Source of the DNA: an uncultured Actinomycetes bacterium
Lineage (GTDB): Bacteria > Actinomycetota > CADDZG01 > WHSQ01
Direction of reading: 5' to 3'
NCBI GenBank assembly: GCA_963779645.1
Contig: CAVZYX010000015.1
Span: 620,672 to 684,671, forward strand
Length of the DNA stretch: 64,000 nucleotides
The notes beneath the pieces are model-generated. The model saw only the letters and a list, made by a program, of their open reading frames with translations, was not told the DNA's origin and did not search any database. Positions 46,427 to 55,733 of this stretch are shown here, piece after piece. Each line of letters starts with the position of its first letter. Position 1 is the first letter of the stretch. The translations under genes and the position numbers were made by a program.

Positions 46427-46507
46427 CAGCTACTTCGGGATCCGACAGCTACATCGGGATCTGACGGCTACACCGGGCTCCGACGGCTACACCGGGATCC
46501 GACAGGT
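46413..46507. repeat. 19-bp tandem repeat x5 (non-coding period), starting on the acyl-CoA dehydrogenase stop codon
   Basis: Unit starts at 46413, 46432, 46451, 46470 and 46489. Units: acatcgggatctgacagct / acttcgggatccgacagct / acatcgggatctgacggct / acaccgggctccgacggct / acaccgggatccgacaggt. Confidence 0.9.
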
Positions 46508-46542
46508 CCGCCCTCCGAAGGCGGCGGTCTACGCTCGGGCCC

Positions 46543-46989
46543 GTGGCCTTGGTCCTGGTCGTTCTCGCCATGGCCGGCGTGTTCGCCATCGCCGCCGTCG
46601 TCATCGGCCGCGAGGTCCGCCGGCTGTCGAGGCAGGCGCCCCAGCGGTCGTTCGACTTCGAGGAGGCGGTGACGTGGGTCTGCGACCACGTCGGCCCCGA
46701 CGTGGCGGCGGTGCTCAGCCCCGACGACGTCAGGCGCATCCTCGACTGGCACCTCGAGTACTTCCGCAACCGCGGCGTCTCGGCCAACGGCGACCGGCCC
46801 CACACCGAGGGCCCGGTCGTGGTCAGCGGGGCCGAGACCGTCGACTTCGTGCTCATGCGGGCCGAGCTCAGCGGCACCCCCTACACGCCCGAGCAGGTTC
46901 ATGCCGTGCTCGACGCCCAGATGGACTATCTGGAGCGGATCGGGGCCGTCGACCCCGTCGCCGACCCCGACGAGGACAGCCCTGCGTAA
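46543..46989 (+). CDS. hypothetical N-terminally membrane-anchored protein
   Basis: 148-aa ORF with one N-terminal TM segment (LVLVVLAMAGVFAIAAVVIG) and good GC3 bias. No family recognised. Confidence 0.55.
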   Translation: MALVLVVLAMAGVFAIAAVVIGREVRRLSRQAPQRSFDFEEAVTWVCDHVGPDVAAVLSPDDVRRILDWHLEYFRNRGVSANGDRPHTEGPVVVSGAETVDFVLMRAELSGTPYTPEQVHAVLDAQMDYLERIGAVDPVADPDEDSPA

Positions 46990-47227
46990 CAGGCACGAAA
47001 TGCCTCCACTTAGCCCTCCGGTTGTGCTTTCATAAGTGCACCGAAGGAAGGAGGTGGTCCAACTGAGCGAAAGTTGTCTTGGGACCTCGGAGGTGGCTGC
47101 CCGCTAGCGGTCAGCTGGGCCACGTCTGGCGAATACTGCCAGTCACCGCCCGAGACGACGTCCGGGGAATGGTCCCGCCCGGTGATTTCCGTTGCTCTCG
47201 GGTTTCCTTTCCAGCTAGAACTGACAC

Positions 47228-47256
47228 CCGAGGGGGCGCAATGAGCGCCCCCTCGG
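47228..47256 (+). terminator. perfect 12-bp GC-rich hairpin (candidate intrinsic terminator or structural element)
   Basis: ccgagggggcgc (47228-47239), loop aatga, gcgccccctcgg (47245-47256). No U-tract. It lies at the 3' end of a 280-bp lower-GC non-coding stretch and 17 nt before the hydrolase gene. Confidence 0.45.
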
Positions 47257-47272
47257 TCGCGAGAAGGGGGTA

Positions 47273-48033
47273 GTGAACTGCCCACCGTCATCGACTCAGA
47301 GGGCCTGCAGCTCGCCGGGCACCTGTCCCGGCCGCCCTCGGCGGCCATCCCCACATCGCACGGGTTGGTGCTGTGCCACGGCTTCCCGGCCGGGCCCGGT
47401 GGCGCGGCGACGTCCGGCCAGACCTACCCGGAGTTCGCCGACCGCCTGGCCGAGGACACGGGCTGGACGGTCCTGACCTTCAACTTCCGCGGCACCGGCG
47501 CCTCCGAAGGCGACTTCTCCCTGGGTGGATGGCTGGCCGACCTCCGCGCCGCCATCGACTTCCTCGCCGACGTCGACGGCGTGGCCGACGTGTGGCTGGC
47601 CGGCTCCAGCACCGGCGGCGCCATCACCATCTGCGCCGCCGCCGAGGACGAGCGGGTCCGAGGCATCGCCGCGCTGGCCGCGCCCGCCGACTTCAGGGGA
47701 TGGGCCGAGGATCCCGAGAACTTCCTCGCGCACGCCCGCACCATCGGCGTCGTCCGCCGGCCCGACTTCCCCGAGGATCCGGTGACCTGGGCGCGGGAGC
47801 TGGCCGAGATGCGACCGACGGTGGCCATCGGCAAGCTCCCGCCACGGCCCGTGCTCCTCGTCCACGGCGACCACGACGACGTGATCCCGGTCACCGACGC
47901 CCGCGCCCTCGCCGAAGCCGCCCTGGGCCAGGTGGAGCTGCGAATCGTGCCGGGAGCAGGCCACCGCCTCCGCCACGACCCGCGGGCCGTCGCCATCCTG
48001 ATCGGCTGGATGGAGCGCCAGACGCCGTCCTGA
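47273..48033 (+). CDS. alpha/beta hydrolase; start region frame-broken
   Basis: ORF 47365-48033 has GLVLCHGFP, the nucleophile elbow GSSTGG, LLVHGDHDDVIP and GAGHRL. Clearly coding sequence (ELPTVIDSEGLQLAGHLSRPP) extends upstream in frame to ~47275 without a start. GTG at 47273 is in another frame. Confidence 0.8.
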
Positions 48034-48099
48034 CCCGGCCGGAGGCCAGGCCCGAAGCCCTCCCCAGGCGGCGGTGGTCCCTGCTGGGAATCCCGCCGC

Positions 48100-48909
48100 T
48101 CACGCCCGCTGAATAGGCGGTGTCTCGGGCCGCCAGCCGTCCAGATCGTCCTCGTGCACGTCGCTGACGAACATGTGGCCGGGCGATTGGGTGATGGCGA
48201 TGTCGAGGTTCGCGGCTGCGATCGCCAACTGGGGTGTCACGCCGCACGCCCAGAACATGGGGACCTCCGACGTCTCGATCGGCACCGGGTCACCGAAGTC
48301 CGGGTGGTCGAGATCGGTGATCCCTCTATCGGCAGGGTGGAGCACTGCCAGCGGCGCGCCGTGCGAGAGTGGGTGCCCCGCAGTCAGTTGCGTGACCGCG
48401 GGGACGTCGGTGGACCTGAAGGGCCGCATGCTGACGACGAGGGGGCCGCGAAACCGATCCGTCGGCACACAGGCGACGTTCGTGACGAACATGGCCACGT
48501 TGCGACCGAGCTCGACGTGGCGAGGTCGGAAGCCGGCGCCGGCCAGGATGCTGTCGAACGTGAAGCTGCAGCCCAGCAGGAACGAGACGAGGTCGTCCCG
48601 CCAGTACGGTCGGGCGTCGGTCGTGTCGAGCGGCGGCCGGCCCTTGCGGAAGACGCGGTAACGGGGGAGGTCGGTGCTGAGGTCGGAACCGGGCGCCATG
48701 AGCGACTCGGTTCCGCCATCGACGACCTCCAGCAGAGGGCACGCCTTCGGGTTGCGGTCGATGAACAGCCGCAGCTCCGCGGCGTGCTCGCTCGGCACTG
48801 CGATCATGTTGGCCTGGACGAACCCGGGTGCTTCGGCCGGCGTGGGCGAGTGAAACGTGCCGTGCCGGGCCGCCCGCCGCAGCCGAGCAGGCTCAGTGAA
48901 CCGCGTCAC
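48100..48909 (-). CDS. DUF1445 / UPF0317 putative hydro-lyase (D-glutamate cyclase-like, YcsI family)
   Basis: C-terminal 269 aa of ORF 48100-49878. The GTG start at 48907-48909 overlaps the hyuB stop (GTGA). Motifs: GFVQANMIAVP, DRNPKACPLLEV, LLGCSFTFD, VVSMRP, HGAPL, PMFWACGVTPQ. Confidence 0.75.
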   Translation of the reverse strand: MTRFTEPARLRRAARHGTFHSPTPAEAPGFVQANMIAVPSEHAAELRLFIDRNPKACPLLEVVDGGTESLMAPGSDLSTDLPRYRVFRKGRPPLDTTDARPYWRDDLVSFLLGCSFTFDSILAGAGFRPRHVELGRNVAMFVTNVACVPTDRFRGPLVVSMRPFRSTDVPAVTQLTAGHPLSHGAPLAVLHPADRGITDLDHPDFGDPVPIETSEVPMFWACGVTPQLAIAAANLDIAITQSPGHMFVSDVHEDDLDGWRPETPPIQRA

Positions 48910-50491
48910 CGGGCCTCCCCGTCGGGCTTCCGGACCCGCCCGTAGCCACCGCCGCCCGGGGTGAGCAGCTGGATGGCGTCGCCGGCGTCGAGATCGATAG
49001 TCAGCTTGTCGGTGAGCGGCCGCCGCGCGCCCTCGTCGCCGCCCGGCCACAGCCAGTTCTCGCCCACCGCCCCCGGGCGCCCTCCGTCGAGGCCCCACGG
49101 TCGACTCGCCCGGCGCTCGGTGATGATGGAGGCGGTCGACGGTTCGAGCACCTGGATCACCCGCTCGATGCCGTCGCCCCCGGCGGCCGCGCCCTCGCCG
49201 CCACTGCCGCGCCGGAGGCGGTACCGCAGTACCCGCACCGGGATCGATCGCTCCAGCGCCTCGGTGGGCGTGTCGGAGGTGTTGGTCATGGCGGTGTGGA
49301 CGCCGTTCATGCCGGCCCGACCCGGGAGGCCGTGCTGGCCGGGGCGGCCCCCCTGGCCGCCGCCGATGGTCTCGTAGTACACCCAGCCCGAGCCGCCGCT
49401 GAGGATCAGGTTGTTCATGGTGCCCTGGCCGGCGGCGCCGACGCGGTCCCGGCGCGGCTTGGGCGAGGGCGGCCAGGCAGACGTCGGCGACCCGTTGGGA
49501 GACCTCGACGTTGCCGGCCCCCACTGCGGCCGGGGCCCGGGCGGCGACGATGCTGCCCTCGGGGGCGACGACCGTGACCGGCCGCAACGCCCCGCCGTTG
49601 GCCGGGATGGTCGGATCGGTGGCGCTGCGCAGCGCGAAGGCGACGGCGCTGTAGGTGACGGCCGCCACGGCGTTGACGTTGCCCGGCTGCTGGGCAGCGG
49701 AGCCGGTGAAGTCGAACCGGACGCCCTCGCCGGTCTTGGTCAGCGTCAGCCGGATCTTCACCCACGCCTGCTGGTGGGGCCGGGGACCGGTCGAGTCGAT
49801 CACGTCCTCGGCCTGCCAGGAGCCGTCGTCCAATGCCGCGAGGGCGGCTCGCATCCGCCGTTCGCCGTAGGCGAGCACCTCGTCCAGCGGTGCGCCGCCG
49901 GCGACGATGGCCGCGAGGCGCTCGACGCCGATGGCGTTGGCGCCGACCTGGGCGTCGAGGTCGCCCCGGCGCTCGTCGGGGGTGCCGGGAGTTGGCCAGG
50001 AGGATGGCGACGACCGCCGGGCCCAGCAGCACCGGTGGGATCCGCAGGCCCTCCTGGAAGATCTCGATCGCCTCGGGGGGCATCGAGCCCGCCGTCATGC
50101 CCCCAAGGTCGGCGTGGTGGGCCCGGTTGGCGGCCCAGCCGACGATCCGTTCGCCCACGAAGCACGGCGCCACGAACGTGATGTCGTTGAGATGGGTCCC
50201 GCCGGCGAAGGGGTCGTTGAGGACGATCTGGTCGCCGGGCCCCACGTCGATCCCCGCACCGATGGCGGCCGCCACCGACGCCGGCATCGACCCCAGGTGC
50301 ACCGGGATGTGCTCGGCCTGGACCAGCAGCTGCCCGTCGGCGGTGAAGAGGGCGGCCGAGCAGTCGGCCCGCTCCTTGATGTTCGGGGAGAAGGCGGCCC
50401 GCCGGAGCACGGCGCCCATCTCCTCGGCCACACCGGTGAGCTGCGAGATCAGGACTTGGAGCCCTGCCGGATCTAGCGCTTCAACAGCCAT
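48906..50491 (-). CDS. hyuB: hydantoinase B / 5-oxoprolinase subunit (HyuB); ~3-4 frame breaks
   Basis: ORF 49415-50491 (SPNIKERADCSAALF, IPVHLGSM, VLNDPFAGGTHLNDI). Middle part in ORF 48100-49878 (NVNAVAAVTYSAVAFALR, AAVGAGNVEVSQRV). C-terminus in ORF 48906-49418 (GGGQGGRPG..GMNGVHTAMTNT, GGGGYG). Confidence 0.85.
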
Positions 50492-52374
50492 GCCCCTCCA
50501 CCTCCACCGATGCCGTCCAGCCGTCGGCCACCCAGATCGTGCAGTCCGCCTCGGCGATCACCGCCGGGCCGGCGACGACACCGCATCGCCCACCCGGGTC
50601 GGGCAGGTCGGCCAGGTCGACGGGGCTGGCCAGGCGGGCCGACGCCCGCAGCGCCACCACCTCGACCGGGGCATCGGGGCGGGCGAAGCCGTTTCGCCTT
50701 CGATGTTCGGGACCGAACTCGTCGATGGCGCCCACCGCCAGCTCGTGGCTCTGGCCGGCATACCGGCAGTCGAACCAGACCTCCAGCTCGGGGCCCGGCC
50801 CCCCGACCGCGGCCGCATCGGCCCCGGCCGTGCCGGCGCCCCGGCCTGCCTGGCCCGCAGCCGGCGCCCCGCCTCCTCGCCCAGCTCGACCAGGGCGTCC
50901 TGGGCGCCGAGGTGGTCGAGGGGCTTCGGCCAGCTGCGCACCAGATCGACCTGGCTGGGAGCGGCCAGCATGCCGGCGGCCGACAGCACACCCGCTCGTG
51001 GTGGCACCACGACCGCGGCCATCCCCAGGGCGTCGGCGACGGCGCAGGCGTGGAGCGGCCCGGCCCCGCCGAACGCCACCAGGGCCATCCCCCTCGGGTC
51101 CACCCCCCGCTCCACCGAGACGGCCCGCACGGCCCGGACCATGTTGGCGTCGACCACGGCCAGGACGCCCTCGGCGGTCACCCCCGCCCTCTGCAGCGCG
51201 GCGCCGGCAGCGGCGACGTCGAGGCGCCCGAGCCCGGGCAGGTCGTGGTCGGACGGGATACGCCCGGCGGCCAGGTTGGCGTCGGTGACGGTCGGCAGCA
51301 GGCCGCCCGCCCCGTAGCAGGCGGGGCCGGGATCGGCGCCTGCGCTCTGGGGCCCGACCACCAGCGCCCCGCCCGGGTCCAGGCGGGCGATCGAACCGCC
51401 ACCGGCGCCGATGGTGTGGACGTCGAGTGAGGGCATGCGGATCGGTAGGCCGGCGACATGGCGCTGGGCGGCCGGTTCGGGCCGCCGTCGCGTATCAGGC
51501 ACACGTCGGTGCTCGTCCCGCCCATGTCGAACGTGACCGCGTCGGCGAACCCGGCCGCCCGGGCGGCGATGGCGGCGGCCAGCACCCCGCCGGCCGGCCC
51601 CGACAGCAGCAGCGACACCGGACGTTCGGCTGCCTCGGCGACCGGGATCAGCCCGCCGGCCGAGGTCATGACCAGCACCTCGTCGGCGGCGGGCGCCAGC
51701 GCCAGCAGGTAGCGCCGGCACGCCGGCCTCAGGTAGGCGTCGGCCACGGTGGTCACGGTTCGCTCGTACTCCCGGAACTCGGGCGAGACCTCCGACGACA
51801 CACTGACGTCCATGCCCGCCTGGCGCAGCCGCCGGGCGACGACCTGCTCGTGGGCCGGGTTGCGGTCGGCGTGGAGCAGGACCACGGCCGCGGCGTCGAC
51901 CGGCCCCGGCGCCGCCACCTGGCCGAGCGGCTCGACCTCCCGACCGTCGCGGTCGAGGCGCCCGACCACGTCGAGGCGGAGATGGCGGGGCACCAGGGGT
52001 TCGGGCCGGTCGACGAAGGGGTCGTAGAGCGACGGGCGGGCCTGGCGGGCGATCTCGATGACGTCGGCGTGACCGTCCGTCGCGTACAGGGCGACCCTGG
52101 CGCCCCGCCGCTCCAGGAGCGTGTTGGTGGCCACCGTCGTGCCGTGGGCCATCACCGCCGGCCGGCGTCCCGATCCGACAGCAGCCAGCCCGACAGCATC
52201 CAGCCCGACAGCCGCCAGCCCGACAGCCGCAAGCCCGACAGCCGCAAGCCCGACAGCCGCAAGCACCGCGGCCGCCGGGTCCGCCGGCGTGGACAACACC
52301 TTCACGACCTCGCCGTCGGAGGTCACGATGTCGGTGAACGTGCCCCCGGTGTCAACTCCGATTCGATGCTCCAT
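50481..52374 (-). CDS. hyuA: hydantoinase A / 5-oxoprolinase subunit (HyuA); ~4 frame breaks and an in-frame pentapeptide repeat insertion
   Basis: ORF 51178-52374 (IGVDTGGTFTDIV, HGTTVATNTLLERRG, REYERTVTTVADAYL, FDMGGTSTDVCLI). ORF 50558-51721 (HTIGAGGGSIA, GPQSAGADPGPACYG, VAFGGAGPLHA). Tail in ORF 50481-50735. The stop overlaps the hyuB start by 11 nt. Confidence 0.85.
52171..52275. repeat. 15-bp tandem repeat (5 good plus 2 degenerate copies), in frame within hyuA, encoding (AAVGL)n
   Basis: Units cagcccgacagc[ac][tg]c at 52186, 52201, 52216, 52231 and 52246. The protein reads VLAAVGLAAVGLAAVGLAAVGLDAVGLAAVG. Confidence 0.9.
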
Positions 52375-52415
52375 GGATGGATCATGACGACCCGGGAACC
52401 ATTCGCATAGCTAAA

Positions 52416-53366
52416 CTATTTCGTTCCATTCACATAGGCAGCGCTTATTGAACTGGCCACGCTGGACGACGCCGCGATGACAGCATCGAGGGTGGCGGCG
52501 ACCGCTGGTGAAGGGGCTCGCCCCGCACACGTGGCCACGAAGACGCGGCGGGCCAGGCCCGGCCCGCTCAGCCGATGCTGCTCGACGCGGTCGGTAGGCG
52601 GCGGGTGGGCGAGTAGTGCCAAGCCAGGAACGACGGCCACGGCCAGGCCGGCTGCGACCATCGCCTCCATCACGCTCACGTCGTAGGTCTGGAACCGGAC
52701 GTCAGGCTCGAATCCCGCGGCCTGGCAGGCGCGACGCACCCCCATGCCGTAGGAGACGTCGGCTGGCGCCATCGCCCACACCCGGCCCGAGAGCTCGTCC
52801 AGCTCGATCTCGCTCCCGGCGGGAAACAGCCCGACCGGCACCAAGACGACGAGGGGGTCGACAAGGATCTCCCGTCGCTCGATCCGCTTGTCAGCGGCGA
52901 TGGGAACACGGGGGTACTGGTAGCCGAGCACCATGTCGACCTCGCCGAGTCGCAGTGACAACAGGCTCTCGGTGGGATTGCCCTCGACCATGACGACCCG
53001 GACCAGCGGGAAACGCCCGGCCATGTCGCAGACGGCGTCGACCAGGAACGTCGACGCTCCCGTCGGGAAGGCCCCCACGGTCACGACCCCCGCCGGCGGC
53101 GCCGCCAGCCCCTGCAGCTCGGCCTCGGCGGCGTCCAGCTCGGCCAGCACGACTTCGGTGCGTTCGACCAGCCGCTCTGCCGCCTCAGTCAGCCGCACCC
53201 CCCGTCCGACGTGCTCCAGCAGGACGACGCCGACCTCCTTCTCGAGCTCGTGGAGCTGCTGCGAGACGGCCGGAGGCGTCACGAACAGAGCCTTGGCAGC
53301 AGCGGCCATGGTGCCCCGAAGCTTCACCTGCCGCAGCGTGGCCAGTCGGCCGACGTCAAGGGCCAT
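52416..53366 (-). CDS. LysR family transcriptional regulator
   Basis: Intact 316-aa ORF. N-terminal HTH: TMAAAAKALFVTPPAVSQQLHELE. C-terminal LysR substrate-binding domain. Confidence 0.9.
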   Translation of the reverse strand: MALDVGRLATLRQVKLRGTMAAAAKALFVTPPAVSQQLHELEKEVGVVLLEHVGRGVRLTEAAERLVERTEVVLAELDAAEAELQGLAAPPAGVVTVGAFPTGASTFLVDAVCDMAGRFPLVRVVMVEGNPTESLLSLRLGEVDMVLGYQYPRVPIAADKRIERREILVDPLVVLVPVGLFPAGSEIELDELSGRVWAMAPADVSYGMGVRRACQAAGFEPDVRFQTYDVSVMEAMVAAGLAVAVVPGLALLAHPPPTDRVEQHRLSGPGLARRVFVATCAGRAPSPAVAATLDAVIAASSSVASSISAAYVNGTK

Positions 53367-53529
53367 AGCGAGCTCCTCTCAGGACAGTGAAGATGCGGTG
53401 ATGATTACCAGGCTAACCACCAAGCACGACTTTTGTGTGCGTGGTGCGCCTCGATGTGTGGCTACGCCTGGATCCCGACGTCGGTCGTCGGAACCTTCGG
53501 GGTTGATGGCGGCGGCGGGCGGTGCCCGG

Positions 53530-54161
53530 TCAGGTTTCCCCTACGGCCTCGTCGATGACGACCCGTAGCTGCCGCGCCGCCGTCTCCGGGTCGTCCGACT
53601 CGGTCAGCCAGCGAACGACGACGAAGCGCCGGGCTCCGGCTGCGACCATGCCGGGCACCGTGTCGGGTGTCACCCCGCCGGTGACGAACCACGGCAGGGC
53701 GGTGGCGGCAGCCGCGTGGCGCAGGTAGGCGAGGCCCGTGCCCGCCCGCCCCGGCTTGGTGGGCGTGGCCGACACCGGCCCCGCCGACAGGTAGTCGACC
53801 GGCTCGCCGACGGCAGCGTCGATCTCGGCCGGGGCGTGGGTCGACAGGCCCACGATGGCGTCGGGGCCGAGGATGCGGCGGGCCAGCGCCGGCGGGGCGT
53901 CGTCCTGGCCGACGTGGACCCCGTCGGCGCCGCAGTCCAGGGCCAGGTCGGGACGGTCGTTGAGGATGAACGGCACGCCGTGGTCCGGCACACGCCCGCC
54001 GCCAGTCGGGCCCGGGCCAGCAGCGGGCGGGCGTCGAGCACCTTGTCCCGGAGCTGGACCACGTCGACGCCACCGGCGATGCACGCCGCCAGGAACCGCT
54101 CCAGGTCGGGGCGGTCGGCGGTGCACAGGTAGAGCCGCCGGCCGGCCAGATCCGTGGTCAC
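53530..54161 (-). CDS. thiE: thiamine-phosphate synthase ThiE; 1 frame break near ~53990
   Basis: ORF 53670-54161 N-terminus (RLYLCTADRPDL..GGVDVVQLRDK). ORF 53530-54126 has FILNDRPDLALDCGADGVHVGQDD, YLSAGPVSATPTKPG, PWFVTGGV. Confidence 0.85.
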
Positions 54162-54201
54162 CCGCCCGCCAAATCCGTGTTCACCGACCGGCCAGATGGG
54201 G

Positions 54202-54402
54202 TCACCCGCCGGCGACGGCCCGGACCAGCTCCAGCCGGTCGCCTTCGGCCAGCTCGGTGGTGGCCAGATGGCGGCGCTCGACGGGCTCGCCGTTGCGCTC
54301 CACCAGCACCCAGCGCCCGCCCAGCCCGAGGATCCCGAGCAGGTCGTCGACGGTGGCCCCGTCGGGAACCTCGACGATGTCGCCGTTGGCGATCACATTC
54401 AT
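54202..54402 (-). CDS. thiS: sulfur carrier protein ThiS
   Basis: 66-aa ORF ending in ..LELVRAVAGG (C-terminal Gly-Gly), immediately upstream of thiE. Confidence 0.8.
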   Translation of the reverse strand: MNVIANGDIVEVPDGATVDDLLGILGLGGRWVLVERNGEPVERRHLATTELAEGDRLELVRAVAGG

Positions 54403-54444
54403 CCGGGCAGCTTCACGCCGGCACGTTCACGTGGGACGCGCAGG

Positions 54445-55026
54445 TCACGCGGGCGGGTTCTTGGCCGCCGCCTTCATCGCCTTCTTGTACTGGCGGACCT
54501 TGGCCAGGCTCTCCGGGTCGACGATGTCGGCCACCGAGAAGTAGCCGTCGACGGCGTAGGGCCCGGCCGCCTCCTGCCATCCCGGGGGCGTGACGCCGAG
54601 GCGCTTGGCCAGCAGGGCGAGGAAGATGCGGGCCTTCTGGTCGCCGAAGCCGGGCAGGGCCTTCAGTCGGCGGAACAGCTCGTCGCCGGTGGCGGCGTCC
54701 TCCCAGATGCTTGCCGCCGACCCGTCGTAGTCGCCGACGATGGCTCGGGCCAGGGCCTGGGTGCGGCCCGCCATCGATCCCGGGAACCGGTGGAGAGCGG
54801 GGGGCCGGGCGAAGATCCTGGCCAGCTCCTCGGGGTCGGCGGCTGCGATCTCGGCCGGATCCAGGCGCCCGCCGAGGCGCTCCTTCAGGTCGTACGGGCT
54901 GTGGAACGCCTTCTCCATCGGCACCTGTTGGTCGAGCAGCATGCCGATGAGCAGGGCGAGCGCGTCGGTCGACAGCAGCTCGTCGGCGGCGGGATCGCCG
55001 GTGAGGTTGAGGACGGCAGGGGGCAT
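54445..55026 (-). CDS. HhH-GPD-type base-excision DNA repair family protein
   Basis: Intact 193-aa ORF. Motifs: ALALLIGMLLDQQVPMEKAF, LKALPGFGDQKARIFLALL. Confidence 0.75.
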   Translation of the reverse strand: MPPAVLNLTGDPAADELLSTDALALLIGMLLDQQVPMEKAFHSPYDLKERLGGRLDPAEIAAADPEELARIFARPPALHRFPGSMAGRTQALARAIVGDYDGSAASIWEDAATGDELFRRLKALPGFGDQKARIFLALLAKRLGVTPPGWQEAAGPYAVDGYFSVADIVDPESLAKVRQYKKAMKAAAKNPPA

Positions 55027-55064
55027 GAGCGGCCAACTGTACGCCTCGCTAATCTCCTCGGTGC

Positions 55065-55669
55065 ATGCGTCCTCCGGTCCGACGGGTCGAGCTGGCGCTC
55101 GTCGCCGCCCTGGCCCTCGCCGGAGTGGGCGTTGCCCACGTCCTGGAGTACCGGCTGCTGGAGCCCGACCGGCATCGGCGCCTGGAGCTGCTGGCTGGCA
55201 CCGGGCACCAGTACCTGCCGTCGGCCCTCGGCGCCGTCTCGTTCCTGGCCTGCCTGGCCGTCGCGGTGGTCTTCCTCACCGCCTTCCGGCGGGGGGCCAC
55301 CACCGGCGGGCTGCCCACGACATCGAGGCACGACTGGGCGCGGGTCCTTCCGTTGGCCCAGGCCCTGTCGTTCGTCGGCCTCGAGGTGGCCGAACGCGTC
55401 GCCGCCGGTTCGTCGCTGGCCGACCTCGGTCCGGTGCTGATCCTGGGCCTGCCACTCCAGATACTCGTCGGCGCCGTCGCTGCCGCGTTGCTGGGCCTGC
55501 TCGACCGGGCCGGCGAAAAGCTGGGCCGGTCGGTCGCCGGCTCCCGTGCCCCCGCCGGCGCCCGCCACGCCGCCCACTGGTGGCCCTCGTCCACCGACCG
55601 ACCGCCGTGCCACATCGCCGTCCGGCGGGCGCCGGCTCGGGCGCCCCCTCCCGCCTCGCTCCCACCTGA
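55065..55669 (+). CDS. hypothetical membrane protein (~4 TM); 3' end uncertain
   Basis: The first ~185 aa of ORF 55065-56381 are hydrophobic and helical. The sequence then becomes Arg/Pro-rich and reads through into the next gene. A stop is available at 55669 in the frame of ORF 54740-55669, so a frame break is suspected. Confidence 0.45.
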
Positions 55670-55733
55670 ACACACCAGGACAGGAAGCCGTCCCGCCCGG
55701 GGCGGCAGGAGAACGAGAGATCGAGGAGATCCC

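Noticed and set aside
54403-54444. A TPP riboswitch expected upstream of thiS-thiE.
   Set aside because: Only 42 nt separate thiS from the upstream HhH-GPD gene. That is too short for the ~100-nt THI element, and no CUGAGA / ACCUGA-type motifs are visible.
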